A stretch of DNA of 64,000 bases. Origin: Patescibacteria group bacterium (GTDB lineage Bacteria > Patescibacteriota > Minisyncoccia > UBA6257 > UBA9933). Of this stretch, positions 37,151-44,872 are shown in pieces. Under the pieces are notes generated by a model. It was not told the DNA's origin. It worked only from the letters and a program-made list of their open reading frames with translations, and made no database searches. Within the stretch, counting starts at the first letter, position 1, and each line of letters begins with the position of its first letter. The position numbers and the translations under genes are program-made. The stretch covers positions 92,061 through 156,060 of the forward strand of contig JBBTPY010000001.1 of the NCBI GenBank assembly GCA_038065955.1, given 5' to 3'.

Positions 37151-38227
37151 TCAGTAATAATATCTGCCGTTCGGCTTACCTGAAGACAAATGGATTAGTA
37201 TTGTTTCCTCGTATTTTTTCACAATATCGGAAAATTCGGAGAAGTCCGTCGTTTCGAAATGCGCCAGCGCTTCATCTATATCGCCGGTTATAATATCCGG
37301 CTCTCCTGTAAAAATTGTATTTTTACAATCTTGACTTCGTCCCATTTGAGGAAAAACAAAAGAAATATCATTAAATCCCGGAATATCATAAGTACGATAT
37401 CGAACGACATTGCACGAACCATTTCCTTTAAATTTCGTCTTTTCCGCGTTAAACCGCGAAATAAAATCCAAATAATTATTGGAAAAATAGAAAGGCGGAC
37501 TTGCGCTTGTCGTGTATGTCCCCTGCATATACGGCTTGCCGTCGTTATCTTTTGCCAACGCAAGCAAATAAACTTCTTCTTTACACCCGACATATACAAA
37601 CGCGCCATGGTCAAGCTCTTTTACGACTTTTTCGTATTTTTCTAACAACTTCCAACGATTTGTTTTAAAAAACCATCTGTTTTTCCACCGAGGAACTTGA
37701 TACGCGGTCGGCCAACTGTCTAAAAACGGAGATATAACGCTGTCAAAATATTTCGGACGCGTTATTTCTCTAAGGCGCGCAGAAATAATCTGATCGCCCG
37801 CAATAATCTCAATAGACTGCATCGGCGTAACTTTGCCGTCAACGCTTTCCGTGGCAAGCGTTATAAAAACGTCTCTTCTCGACGAAGATGGAAGATAAAT
37901 TCCGAATTCTTCGTCCATTTCAAAATCAAGACAATGCGTGCCGTATATGTTGCCCTGATATCTTTTCCATTCGCGATTTTGCCTTTCTTCTATTTTCCGC
38001 CTTTCTTCTTTTGTGCGCGCAAGAAACCAGTTAAATGTCGAAACATATGAATTTCTATTTACTCTGTGACTATTACAATCTAAAACCTCGAAATCGTGGC
38101 CTTCATACTTCAAAAGACAAAATTTATTGCCATTTTGAAGAAGAATATTGCGTCTTTGAGAGCGCTCTACCTGACTTTTAACATAATTGTCAAAATTTTG
38201 AAAAACATCTTTCTGATAATTTTTCAT
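37151..38227 (-). CDS. Hypothetical protein (358 aa), no recognisable domain
   Basis: Clean ORF, co-oriented with and 12 bp downstream of an 86-aa ORF; lies between ileS and argS. Confidence 0.5.
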   Translation of the reverse strand: MKNYQKDVFQNFDNYVKSQVERSQRRNILLQNGNKFCLLKYEGHDFEVLDCNSHRVNRNSYVSTFNWFLARTKEERRKIEERQNREWKRYQGNIYGTHCLDFEMDEEFGIYLPSSSRRDVFITLATESVDGKVTPMQSIEIIAGDQIISARLREITRPKYFDSVISPFLDSWPTAYQVPRWKNRWFFKTNRWKLLEKYEKVVKELDHGAFVYVGCKEEVYLLALAKDNDGKPYMQGTYTTSASPPFYFSNNYLDFISRFNAEKTKFKGNGSCNVVRYRTYDIPGFNDISFVFPQMGRSQDCKNTIFTGEPDIITGDIDEALAHFETTDFSEFSDIVKKYEETILIHLSSGKPNGRYYY

Positions 38228-38239
38228 CTTCTCCTCCTT

Positions 38240-38500
38240 TCACGCCAAATCCGGCCTTGTAGAATTCAAAAGTATTCTCCGACCGTCTGTATAAATTGTT
38301 ATCGTTCTGTCGCAAAATGGACAATTCTTTTTGAAACTTTTTATTTTTTTCTTCCCTGCCGCTCCGGCCGCCACTTCTCTTAAATAATCTGTTGCCATTT
38401 TTTCAACATCGCCTCCGCTAATAGAAATCAATGCGTCATACTCTTTTTCCGTAATCTCAATTGGAAACTTTACGATTTTATTGTCTGTTTTTTCAATCAT
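38240..38500 (-). CDS. Hypothetical small protein (86 aa) with CPFC motif
   Basis: SD AAGGAGGG upstream; first gene of a 2-gene cassette preceded by a 38-bp palindrome. Confidence 0.5.
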   Translation of the reverse strand: MIEKTDNKIVKFPIEITEKEYDALISISGGDVEKMATDYLREVAAGAAGKKKIKSFKKNCPFCDRTITIYTDGRRILLNSTRPDLA

Positions 38501-38628
38501 TACACCCTCCTTTTTTAATTGGTTTTTATATTTATCCTTATTTGAAAATTTTCAAAAAACTAAAGATTATTAAAACAGAAAATGAAAATTTTTACAAGAG
38601 AATCAACAATGTGTTGAGTTTTGACAAT

Positions 38629-38666
38629 GTCCTCAATTTAACCACATATGTGGGTAAATTGAGGAC
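38629..38666. promoter_or_regulatory. 38-bp near-perfect palindrome (operator-like) upstream of the 86-aa/358-aa cassette, overlapping a TTGACA -35-like hexamer
   Basis: gtcctcaatttaacc-acatatgt-gggtaaattgaggac; 15-bp arms with 1 mismatch, central acatatgt also palindromic. Confidence 0.45.
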
Positions 38667-38691
38667 ATAATATTTTAATTCGCGCAATAAA

Positions 38692-39105
38692 TTAAAATCT
38701 GGATTTCACCAACTCTACCACCAAATCAACTTCTTCCGGCGAAGTTTTAATAATCAATCCCGCCTCGTCTTCCGACGGCAAAAAATCTCGACCGACAATC
38801 TCGCCGCTTTTCATCCAAATAAGCTCTAAATCCAAATGCGTGTTTTTATTCCAAAAAATCAGCTTTTGAACCGGTTCAAAATAAAAAATCATTCCATCGG
38901 CGCCTTTCAATTCCGTAATTCCCGAAAGCCCGCGCGTTTTTTCAAGCGCGGTTTTTGCCATAAACAAAACATAATCGCGTCCATCTATGTTTAAAACAAC
39001 TTTTTCGGAATTATCCGTTAAATTTGCCTTGCCGATAAATAAAAAAATAATTCCGGCAAAAATGCCTAAAATCATCAATATAATTTTTTTGAAATTTAAC
39101 TTCAT
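38692..39105 (-). CDS. DUF192 family protein (COG1430)
   Basis: 137 aa; N-terminal TM plus L..TA....RG.......AD.GMIF... pattern of DUF192. Confidence 0.6.
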   Translation of the reverse strand: MKLNFKKIILMILGIFAGIIFLFIGKANLTDNSEKVVLNIDGRDYVLFMAKTALEKTRGLSGITELKGADGMIFYFEPVQKLIFWNKNTHLDLELIWMKSGEIVGRDFLPSEDEAGLIIKTSPEEVDLVVELVKSRF

Positions 39106-40754
39106 TACATTTTTTTCGGCATACTTACGCCGAGCAGCCCGAATAAATTTTTAAAAATAACTTGCGTCGCTTTTATTAATTCTAAACGCGCCGCCATTAA
39201 ATTCTCTTCTGCGCCCATAATTCTTTCTTTTTCGTAAAAATTATGAAAAGTTTTCGCTAAATCCAAAGAATATCGCGCCAAAATCTGCGGATTATAATTA
39301 TTCGCCGCCTCTTTTATCACTTCCGAAAACCGCGCCAACTGTCTTATTAAATTTAAGTCCTCGTTAGTGCTTAATAAATCAAATTTAATCCTTGACTTTT
39401 GATATTTGACATTTGACTTCCGTAAAATACCACCGCATCTGACCGCCGCATATTGGACATAATAAACCGGATTTTTCATTGAACGCTCTTTCGCTAAAGA
39501 TAAATCAAAATTCATATGCGTATCCGATGAACTCATTAAAAAGAAAAACCTGGTCGCGTCCAAGCCGACTTCCTTGATTAAATCATCAAGCGTAATAAAC
39601 TCACCATTTCTCTTTGACATCTTCACTTCTTTGCCCTCTTTAATTAAGCGAATTAATTGAGTAATAATTACTTTAAATTTTCCGTCACCGTTTTCAAAAA
39701 TACTGAGCGCTTTTAACCCGGCGCGAAGCCGCGGCTCATAGCCGTGATGGTCCGCTCCCCAAATATCAATAACTTGAGTAAATTTCCGAGTTTTAAATTT
39801 ATTTAAATGATAAGCCATGTCCGGCAGAAAATAAGTCGGCTCGCCGCTCGCCCGCACCAACACTCTATCCTCGTTGTCGCCGAAATCTTTAGTCTTCATC
39901 CATAAAGCGCCGCCTTTTTCATAAACCAAATTTTTGCGCTTCAATTCGTCAAGTAATTTTTCAACCGCGCCGTTCTTATACAAACTCTCCTCGCTGAACC
40001 ATTTGTCAAAATTTATTTTCAAACCTTTTTCAATAAATTTTTTGTTGTCTTTTTGAATTTCCCGCGCCAATAAATTACCCGCTTTACCGTAATCCGTAAT
40101 ATTTTTAAGTTTTTCGCCTAAATTCTTAATTATTAATTCTAAATTTTTTGTTTTATAAATATTGCCTTCGCCAAGCGCTGTTTTGCCGAGTTCTTTTATT
40201 TGCGTGCTCGCTTTGGCATCATTGACATAATATTCTTTTACTACTTTATAACCGGCGAATTTCAAAATGTTCGCCAAAACATCGCCGAAAAATCCTCCCC
40301 GGCCATTGCCGATTGTTAACTGCCCGGTGGGATTGGCGGAAATAAACTCTATCTGAACTTTTGACATCTGACCTCTGACAGCTGACTTGCCGTAATTTTG
40401 TTTTTTCTTCAAAATCTCTTTTAATTCGTCTTGTAAAACTTTTTCCGAAATCCAAAAATTGATAAATCCCGGTGTCGCCACTTCAATTTTTTCAAAAAAA
40501 TCCCTTGCTATCATTGATGATAGCGCGGTTTTTATTTCTTCGGCTATTTGCATGGGATTCTTTCCGCGCAATTCCGCGTTTAAATCCGCGTTCTTCCGCG
40601 CTAATGTGGCGAGTTTTAACGCCACATTAGAAGAATAATGCCCAAATTGCTCATTCTCCGGAACGAAAACTTCTATTTCTATTTTTTCTTTAATAACTTT
40701 TTTAAGATAATCGAAAATTTTTGACTTAATCATTGTTTTCATTATAATTAACAT
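39105..40754 (-). CDS. argS: Arginyl-tRNA synthetase
   Basis: 549 aa; class I HIGH region and C-terminal DALR anticodon-binding domain; octamer-repeat inserts at 39392-39420 and 40359-40390. Confidence 0.9.
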   Translation of the reverse strand: MLIIMKTMIKSKIFDYLKKVIKEKIEIEVFVPENEQFGHYSSNVALKLATLARKNADLNAELRGKNPMQIAEEIKTALSSMIARDFFEKIEVATPGFINFWISEKVLQDELKEILKKKQNYGKSAVRGQMSKVQIEFISANPTGQLTIGNGRGGFFGDVLANILKFAGYKVVKEYYVNDAKASTQIKELGKTALGEGNIYKTKNLELIIKNLGEKLKNITDYGKAGNLLAREIQKDNKKFIEKGLKINFDKWFSEESLYKNGAVEKLLDELKRKNLVYEKGGALWMKTKDFGDNEDRVLVRASGEPTYFLPDMAYHLNKFKTRKFTQVIDIWGADHHGYEPRLRAGLKALSIFENGDGKFKVIITQLIRLIKEGKEVKMSKRNGEFITLDDLIKEVGLDATRFFFLMSSSDTHMNFDLSLAKERSMKNPVYYVQYAAVRCGGILRKSNVKYQKSRIKFDLLSTNEDLNLIRQLARFSEVIKEAANNYNPQILARYSLDLAKTFHNFYEKERIMGAEENLMAARLELIKATQVIFKNLFGLLGVSMPKKM

Positions 40755-40786
40755 AGCAATTAAATCAAATTAAATAAGGAGGTTAT

Positions 40787-41059
40787 ATGATAGAAGAATC
40801 AGTAAACCCCCACACCTTACAAGGTGCGGGGATAAATCTGCTTTTTTTAATGCGCCATGGCAATATGTTCGCTTATAAAGAAATGAGAGAATGGCTTATT
40901 AAGAAAAATCTTCTTTCTGAAAACAAGAAAGACGATTTGAAATTTAAAATCATTATTTCTCAACTGAAAAAAGAAGGATTGATAGACAAACGCAATGTTG
41001 ACGGAAGATATTACATAACGCCGAAAGGAAAAATTCTTTTGGAAAAATTAAGAGGGTAA
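40787..41059 (+). CDS. PadR-like winged-helix transcriptional regulator (90 aa)
   Basis: LFLMRHGNMFAYKEMREWL...LKKEGLIDKRNVDGRYYITPKGKILL matches the PadR wHTH pattern; followed by terminator hairpin gagggtaaaattcataaaacttgccctc plus T-run. Confidence 0.6.
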   Translation: MIEESVNPHTLQGAGINLLFLMRHGNMFAYKEMREWLIKKNLLSENKKDDLKFKIIISQLKKEGLIDKRNVDGRYYITPKGKILLEKLRG

Positions 41060-41144
41060 AATTCATAAAACTTGCCCTCTTTTTTATTTCAGAAACTTTA
41101 AACTATTGACAAAACATTATTATTTTTATTTAATACAATCAGAA

Positions 41145-41545
41145 CAAAAAAGTTTATTAAAGAAACAATCCTTTGTCCTGGGAATGCTAGTGGTAGGCCT
41201 GCAAAGAAATTTTTACCAAGGACAGCATATTATCGCTTGCTAGGTAATATGTCCTCCTTAAAAAAAGGTAAAAGTAGGTGGGGTTCGACTCCTCCCATTC
41301 TTGTCTGATTGGCAAGAACACTGTGTAGGATAGGCGGGAGACTATGAAGTTTAAGCGTCCAGCAAGGGACCACGCGCCAGCGGTAAACTGAGTCGCCGTT
41401 GAAATACCGCCCTTTGTTCAGGAGAAAAACCCGGCAGGCAATTAGTCTAAAGTTAAGACTATGCTGGCCGGAACTAATCAGACTCGGGACAAAATTTTCT
41501 CATGGCCGAAAAGTAATTTATTTACTGAGTAGGCCTTTTTTTATT
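41145..41545 (+). ncRNA. rnpB: Candidate structured ncRNA (~400 nt), possibly RNase P RNA (type A-like)
   Basis: No ORF; promoter-like TTGACA-17-TATTTAAT at about 41107-41140 and terminator aggccttttttt at the end. GCGG-UAAAC...GUUG-AAAUA-CCGC resembles the P15 internal loop (GGUAAAC/AAAUA) that binds the tRNA CCA; GUCCUGGG (5') can pair with CUCGGGAC (3') like a P4 helix; the length matches. No clear AGGAAAGUCC CR-I. Confidence 0.35.
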
Positions 41546-41597
41546 TCTAATTTTAAATTTTAACCTTTAAAATAAAAATAATTTGAATAAAAACTCA

Positions 41598-41636
41598 ATT
41601 TCGGTTATTTCAACGATAGTTGAAATAACCGAAATT
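41598..41636. repeat. 40-bp palindromic repeat element, copy 1 (variant centre)
   Basis: aatttcggttatttcaacgatagttgaaataaccgaaatt; near-identical copies at 42408-42446 and 54400-54439. Confidence 0.85.
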
Positions 41637-41771
41637 GTAGAATACAAAAACTATCTGAATAACTATCTAAATACAAAACTATTTTTCATCGACAATATAT
41701 ATAAATTTATATAAAAATGTGAATATTCCACTTAAAAATAAATGCTTCCCGCTTTAAAAATTTCACTAATT

Positions 41772-42365
41772 TTATTTAATTCCGAATTTATTTTTCAAAT
41801 CTAAATCAATGTCTGTCTTTTTAGCAAGTATTATTCTGACATACGGCTTTAAATTAAAAATTTCCACGATAAAATCTATTTCATTTTGGCATTCGTAAGG
41901 ATAAATAAAAACGCTTTTTTGGAGCGGGTAAAACCCTAATTGTTTCAATTTAACCGCCAGCGCGTTTCTTCCCTGTTTAAGATGTTCAGGGATATCGAAA
42001 ATAACCATTCTCCATAATCCATCCCATTGCGACGGTTTTTTTATTTCTATTTTATCTAAATTGTATGTAAGCGCCCGCTTTTTTCCCTCGCTATTTAAAA
42101 CCAAAGTAATTGTATCATTATCATTTTCTTTATAATCAATTAATTTTGACCTGTATAGATTTTTAATCGCTTCGTGGAGGGTGCGTCTATTAATATCTTT
42201 CCATTCTTTTTTCATCCCATCAACAATTCTAAAATACGCATCCGGTCTTTGCGTTAAAGATAAAACCAAGCCGCCCTCCAATAGAAGAAGAATTTTTTGA
42301 GCCACTGGTCCTAATTGTAATCTTTTCCCCTTGTTTCTTTTTATAAAATTTTCATTTCTTTTCAT
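41772..42365 (-). CDS. PaaX-like regulator (winged-helix N-terminus plus Cas2-fold PaaX_C-like C-terminus)
   Basis: WDGLWRMVIFDIPEHLKQGRNALAVKLKQLGFYPLQKSVFIYP matches the PaaX C-terminal (Cas2-like) pattern; flanked on both sides by the 40-bp palindrome. Confidence 0.55.
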   Translation of the reverse strand: MKRNENFIKRNKGKRLQLGPVAQKILLLLEGGLVLSLTQRPDAYFRIVDGMKKEWKDINRRTLHEAIKNLYRSKLIDYKENDNDTITLVLNSEGKKRALTYNLDKIEIKKPSQWDGLWRMVIFDIPEHLKQGRNALAVKLKQLGFYPLQKSVFIYPYECQNEIDFIVEIFNLKPYVRIILAKKTDIDLDLKNKFGIK

Positions 42366-42407
42366 AAAAATCTTTTCATAAAAAATTATAAGAATTATAT
42401 CACATCA

Positions 42408-42446
42408 ATTTCGGTTATTTCAACGATCGTTGAAATAACCGAAATT
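42408..42446. repeat. 40-bp palindromic repeat element, copy 2
   Basis: aatttcggttatttcaacgatcgttgaaataaccgaaatt perfect palindrome, with shared flanks attatatcayatc... and ...gRctgaaacattaaa. Confidence 0.85.
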
Positions 42447-42447
42447 G

Positions 42448-42590
42448 ACTGAAACATTAAATATTCTCCTGTAAACCCCGTTAGAAGCTCACGCGAGACA
42501 TTAAACCCCGTGTTCGCTAAAACAACAGAGAGCATTCATCCCCGCGGCAAGCCACGGGACATTCTGCTTCTAACGGGGTAAAATTAATAA
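42448..42590 (+). promoter_or_regulatory. Highly structured ~120-nt leader upstream of smpB (candidate cis-regulatory RNA/sRNA)
   Basis: 13-bp outer stem ccccgttagaagc...gcttctaacgggg enclosing an inner cccgtg/cacggg stem; ends at the smpB ATG. Confidence 0.35.
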
Positions 42591-43022
42591 ATGATTATCG
42601 CCGCCAATAAACGAGCGTATTTTGACTACCAAATTCTTGAAACTTTTGAGGCCGGGATTGAATTAAAAGGATTTGAAGTTAAATCAATAAAAAACGGCAG
42701 GATAAACCTCGCCGGTTCTTACGCCGTCATCCGCGATAATCAAGCGTGGCTTCTTAACGCCGATATTCCGGCTTACCAACCGAAGAACGCGCCGAAAAAT
42801 TACGATTCCAAAAGAACGCGGCGGCTTTTACTGAAAAAATTGGAAATAAAAAACTTAATCGGCCGCATTCATGAAAAAGGCTTGACTTTGACTCCTTTAA
42901 AAGTTTATACTAAAAATCACAGAATAAAGATGGAAATCGGGTTAGGGAAAAGCAGAAAAAAAGCGGACAAAAGAGAATTAATAAAGAAAAGGGATGTTAA
43001 ACGAGAAATCAGACGGGAATGA
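42591..43022 (+). CDS. smpB: SsrA-binding protein
   Basis: 143 aa; N-terminal NKRAYFDY...E.GIEL.G.EVKS and basic C-terminal tail. Confidence 0.9.
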   Translation: MIIAANKRAYFDYQILETFEAGIELKGFEVKSIKNGRINLAGSYAVIRDNQAWLLNADIPAYQPKNAPKNYDSKRTRRLLLKKLEIKNLIGRIHEKGLTLTPLKVYTKNHRIKMEIGLGKSRKKADKRELIKKRDVKREIRRE

Positions 43023-43029
43023 CAGGAAT

Positions 43030-43390
43030 CGATGACAGCACTTTTATAAAATCGCAAGCCGAGGACGATTCGTCACCTCGTCAATCATCGAATCAAAATC
43101 ATATCTGCCAAAAACAGATTAGCCAATTATTTGGCTCCCGCTTTCGCTTTCGCCTAAGCGGCATCCGCTTTTAATCGCTTGAATTAAAAGACCGGGTGTA
43201 ATATTTTAAGCTATGGTTGATGTTCCGCCGAAAACATCTGCTGAAAATTATCGGCAAAGAGTTTTGAAGATTTCGTTAAGTTTTAACTTCTAAATTCTAT
43301 ATCCTAACTTGACTAAGCTCGTAGAAATTTTATAAATTTATTGTCAGACGGGGCTTCAATGCCCCCATTTCCACACAAATTTAAAAATTA
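43030..43390 (+). ncRNA. ssrA: Candidate tmRNA (ssrA) region immediately downstream of smpB; speculative
   Basis: No protein ORF. A short frame GCC AAU UAU UUG GCU CCC GCU UUC GCU UUC GCC UAA (43122-43157) = ANYLAPAFAFA*, tag-like and preceded by an A-rich tract with UAG as in known tmRNAs. Stable hairpins after the stop; 3' GGGGCUUCAAUGCCCC T-arm-like hairpin. The 5'/3' acceptor pairing could not be confirmed. Confidence 0.3.
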
Positions 43391-43897
43391 ATTATTATTA
43401 ATTATCGCATCAACAATCAAATAAAGGCGATTGAGCTTAGAGTCGTTGACGAAACCGGACAGAATTTGGGAATTATGCCGCTTGAGGCGGCATTAAAATT
43501 GGCGACCGAAAAAGGAATAGACTTGATTGAAATCGCGCCGACGGCCAAGCCGCCGGTCGCCAAAATAATCAGCTACGATAAATTTCGCTACCAGAAAGAA
43601 AAAGAGCTGAAAAAACAAAAGGCCGCCCAAAAAACCAGCGAACTGAAACAAATAAGAATCAGCGCCAAGGCCGCCAAAAACGATTTAGAAATTAAAGCCA
43701 AAAAAGCCGTGGAATTTATTAATGAAGGCCATAAAGTCGGGATTATTTTAATATTAAAAGGCCGAGAGAAATATATGAAAGACTGGGCGAGACAAAAATT
43801 AAACGAATTTTTATCAATAATCAACTCTGAATATAAAATCACGATGGAGCCGAAGTTCGGAGGAAGAGGATTAATGACGCAAATAATTAAAAAATGA
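43391..43897 (+). CDS. infC: Translation initiation factor IF-3, likely with a non-AUG (AUU) start
   Basis: ORF-track start (TTG at 43466) lies inside the gene. In-frame upstream codons give ...NYRINNQIKAIELRVVDETGQNLGI, matching the IF3 N-domain (RINGEIRA.EVRL.DE.GEQLG). AUU/AUA codons at 43391/43421 are candidate autoregulated starts, as in other bacteria. Confidence 0.75.
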   Translation: MIINYRINNQIKAIELRVVDETGQNLGIMPLEAALKLATEKGIDLIEIAPTAKPPVAKIISYDKFRYQKEKELKKQKAAQKTSELKQIRISAKAAKNDLEIKAKKAVEFINEGHKVGIILILKGREKYMKDWARQKLNEFLSIINSEYKITMEPKFGGRGLMTQIIKK

Positions 43898-44049
43898 AAA
43901 AGTCAATTTCCAATAGAATAAAAATTACAAAAACGGGTAAAGTTTTAAGACGAACAATGGGCATCGGCCATTGCCGCGCCAAAAAAAGAAGCGCTCAAAT
44001 TCAAAGAAAAAAATGTTTCAGGGGAATTAATGTCGGGAAAATAATATGA
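43894..44049 (+). CDS. rpmI: 50S ribosomal protein L35
   Basis: 51 aa MKKSISNRIKITKTGKVLRRTMGIGHCRAKKRSAQIQRKK...; overlaps the infC stop and the rplT start (ATGA), the classic infC-rpmI-rplT operon. Confidence 0.75.
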   Translation: MKKSISNRIKITKTGKVLRRTMGIGHCRAKKRSAQIQRKKCFRGINVGKII

Positions 44050-44390
44050 CCAGAGTAAAACGAGGGAAAACAGCGCATAAAAAACGCGAAAAAATATTAA
44101 AATACACTAAGGGATTCAAGTGGGGGCGCAAATCAAAAGAACGCGCCGCCAAAGAAGCTCTATTACACGCATGGACGCACGCTTTCCGCGGCCGAAAAGA
44201 AAAGAAAAGAAATTACCGCCAATTATGGAATGTTCAAATTAACGCCGGCGCGCGCGCAATCGGTTTAAATTACAACAAACTAATCGCCGGATTAAAAAAA
44301 CAAAATATCCTGTTAGACAGAAAAATTTTGGCCGACTTGGCTAAAACCGAACCGAAAGTGTTTGAAAAAATTGTGGAAAAAATAAAATAA
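44046..44390 (+). CDS. rplT: 50S ribosomal protein L20
   Basis: MTRVKRGKTAHKKREKILKYTKGFKWGRKSK... canonical bL20. Confidence 0.95.
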   Translation: MTRVKRGKTAHKKREKILKYTKGFKWGRKSKERAAKEALLHAWTHAFRGRKEKKRNYRQLWNVQINAGARAIGLNYNKLIAGLKKQNILLDRKILADLAKTEPKVFEKIVEKIK

Positions 44391-44419
44391 AAGGTATTCT
44401 TCTAACGACTTTTGAAACT

Positions 44420-44869
44420 TTATTTAAGAAGAAAGTCGTGCGCTTGCGTCAAAACTTTCTGGCTATCTTTGTGTTTTAACAATATTTTAATCGCTTCTTT
44501 ATAAGTGAACCAGGCAAATCCTTCATGTGGCTGGCCTTCTTTTTTATTGGAAATCAAAACGATTTTTTTGTCCGTCTGCGCCAGATAAAAAATGACTATT
44601 TTAAAAACCCTGACATTTTTTTCGTTTATGCGACGCCAAAAAGAAAATTTTTCGCTTACTTTAAAATTATTGACGAATTTCAAATCATTGCGATTAAGAC
44701 CGGTTTCTTCTTTGGTTTCCCGCACCGCGGCCTGAAAACTTTTTTCCTCGCTTTCAATTTTGCCTTTCGGAAAATTCCAATAGCCGCGACCGTGATAAAG
44801 AAGCAAAAATTTAGGCCCATCTTCTGTTTTACGATAAATAATTATTCCGGCGGAAATCTCTCTTAACAT
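44420..44869 (-). CDS. NUDIX hydrolase
   Basis: Nudix box GKIESEEKSFQAAVRETKEETGL. Confidence 0.8.
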   Translation of the reverse strand: MLREISAGIIIYRKTEDGPKFLLLYHGRGYWNFPKGKIESEEKSFQAAVRETKEETGLNRNDLKFVNNFKVSEKFSFWRRINEKNVRVFKIVIFYLAQTDKKIVLISNKKEGQPHEGFAWFTYKEAIKILLKHKDSQKVLTQAHDFLLK

Positions 44870-44872
44870 ATT

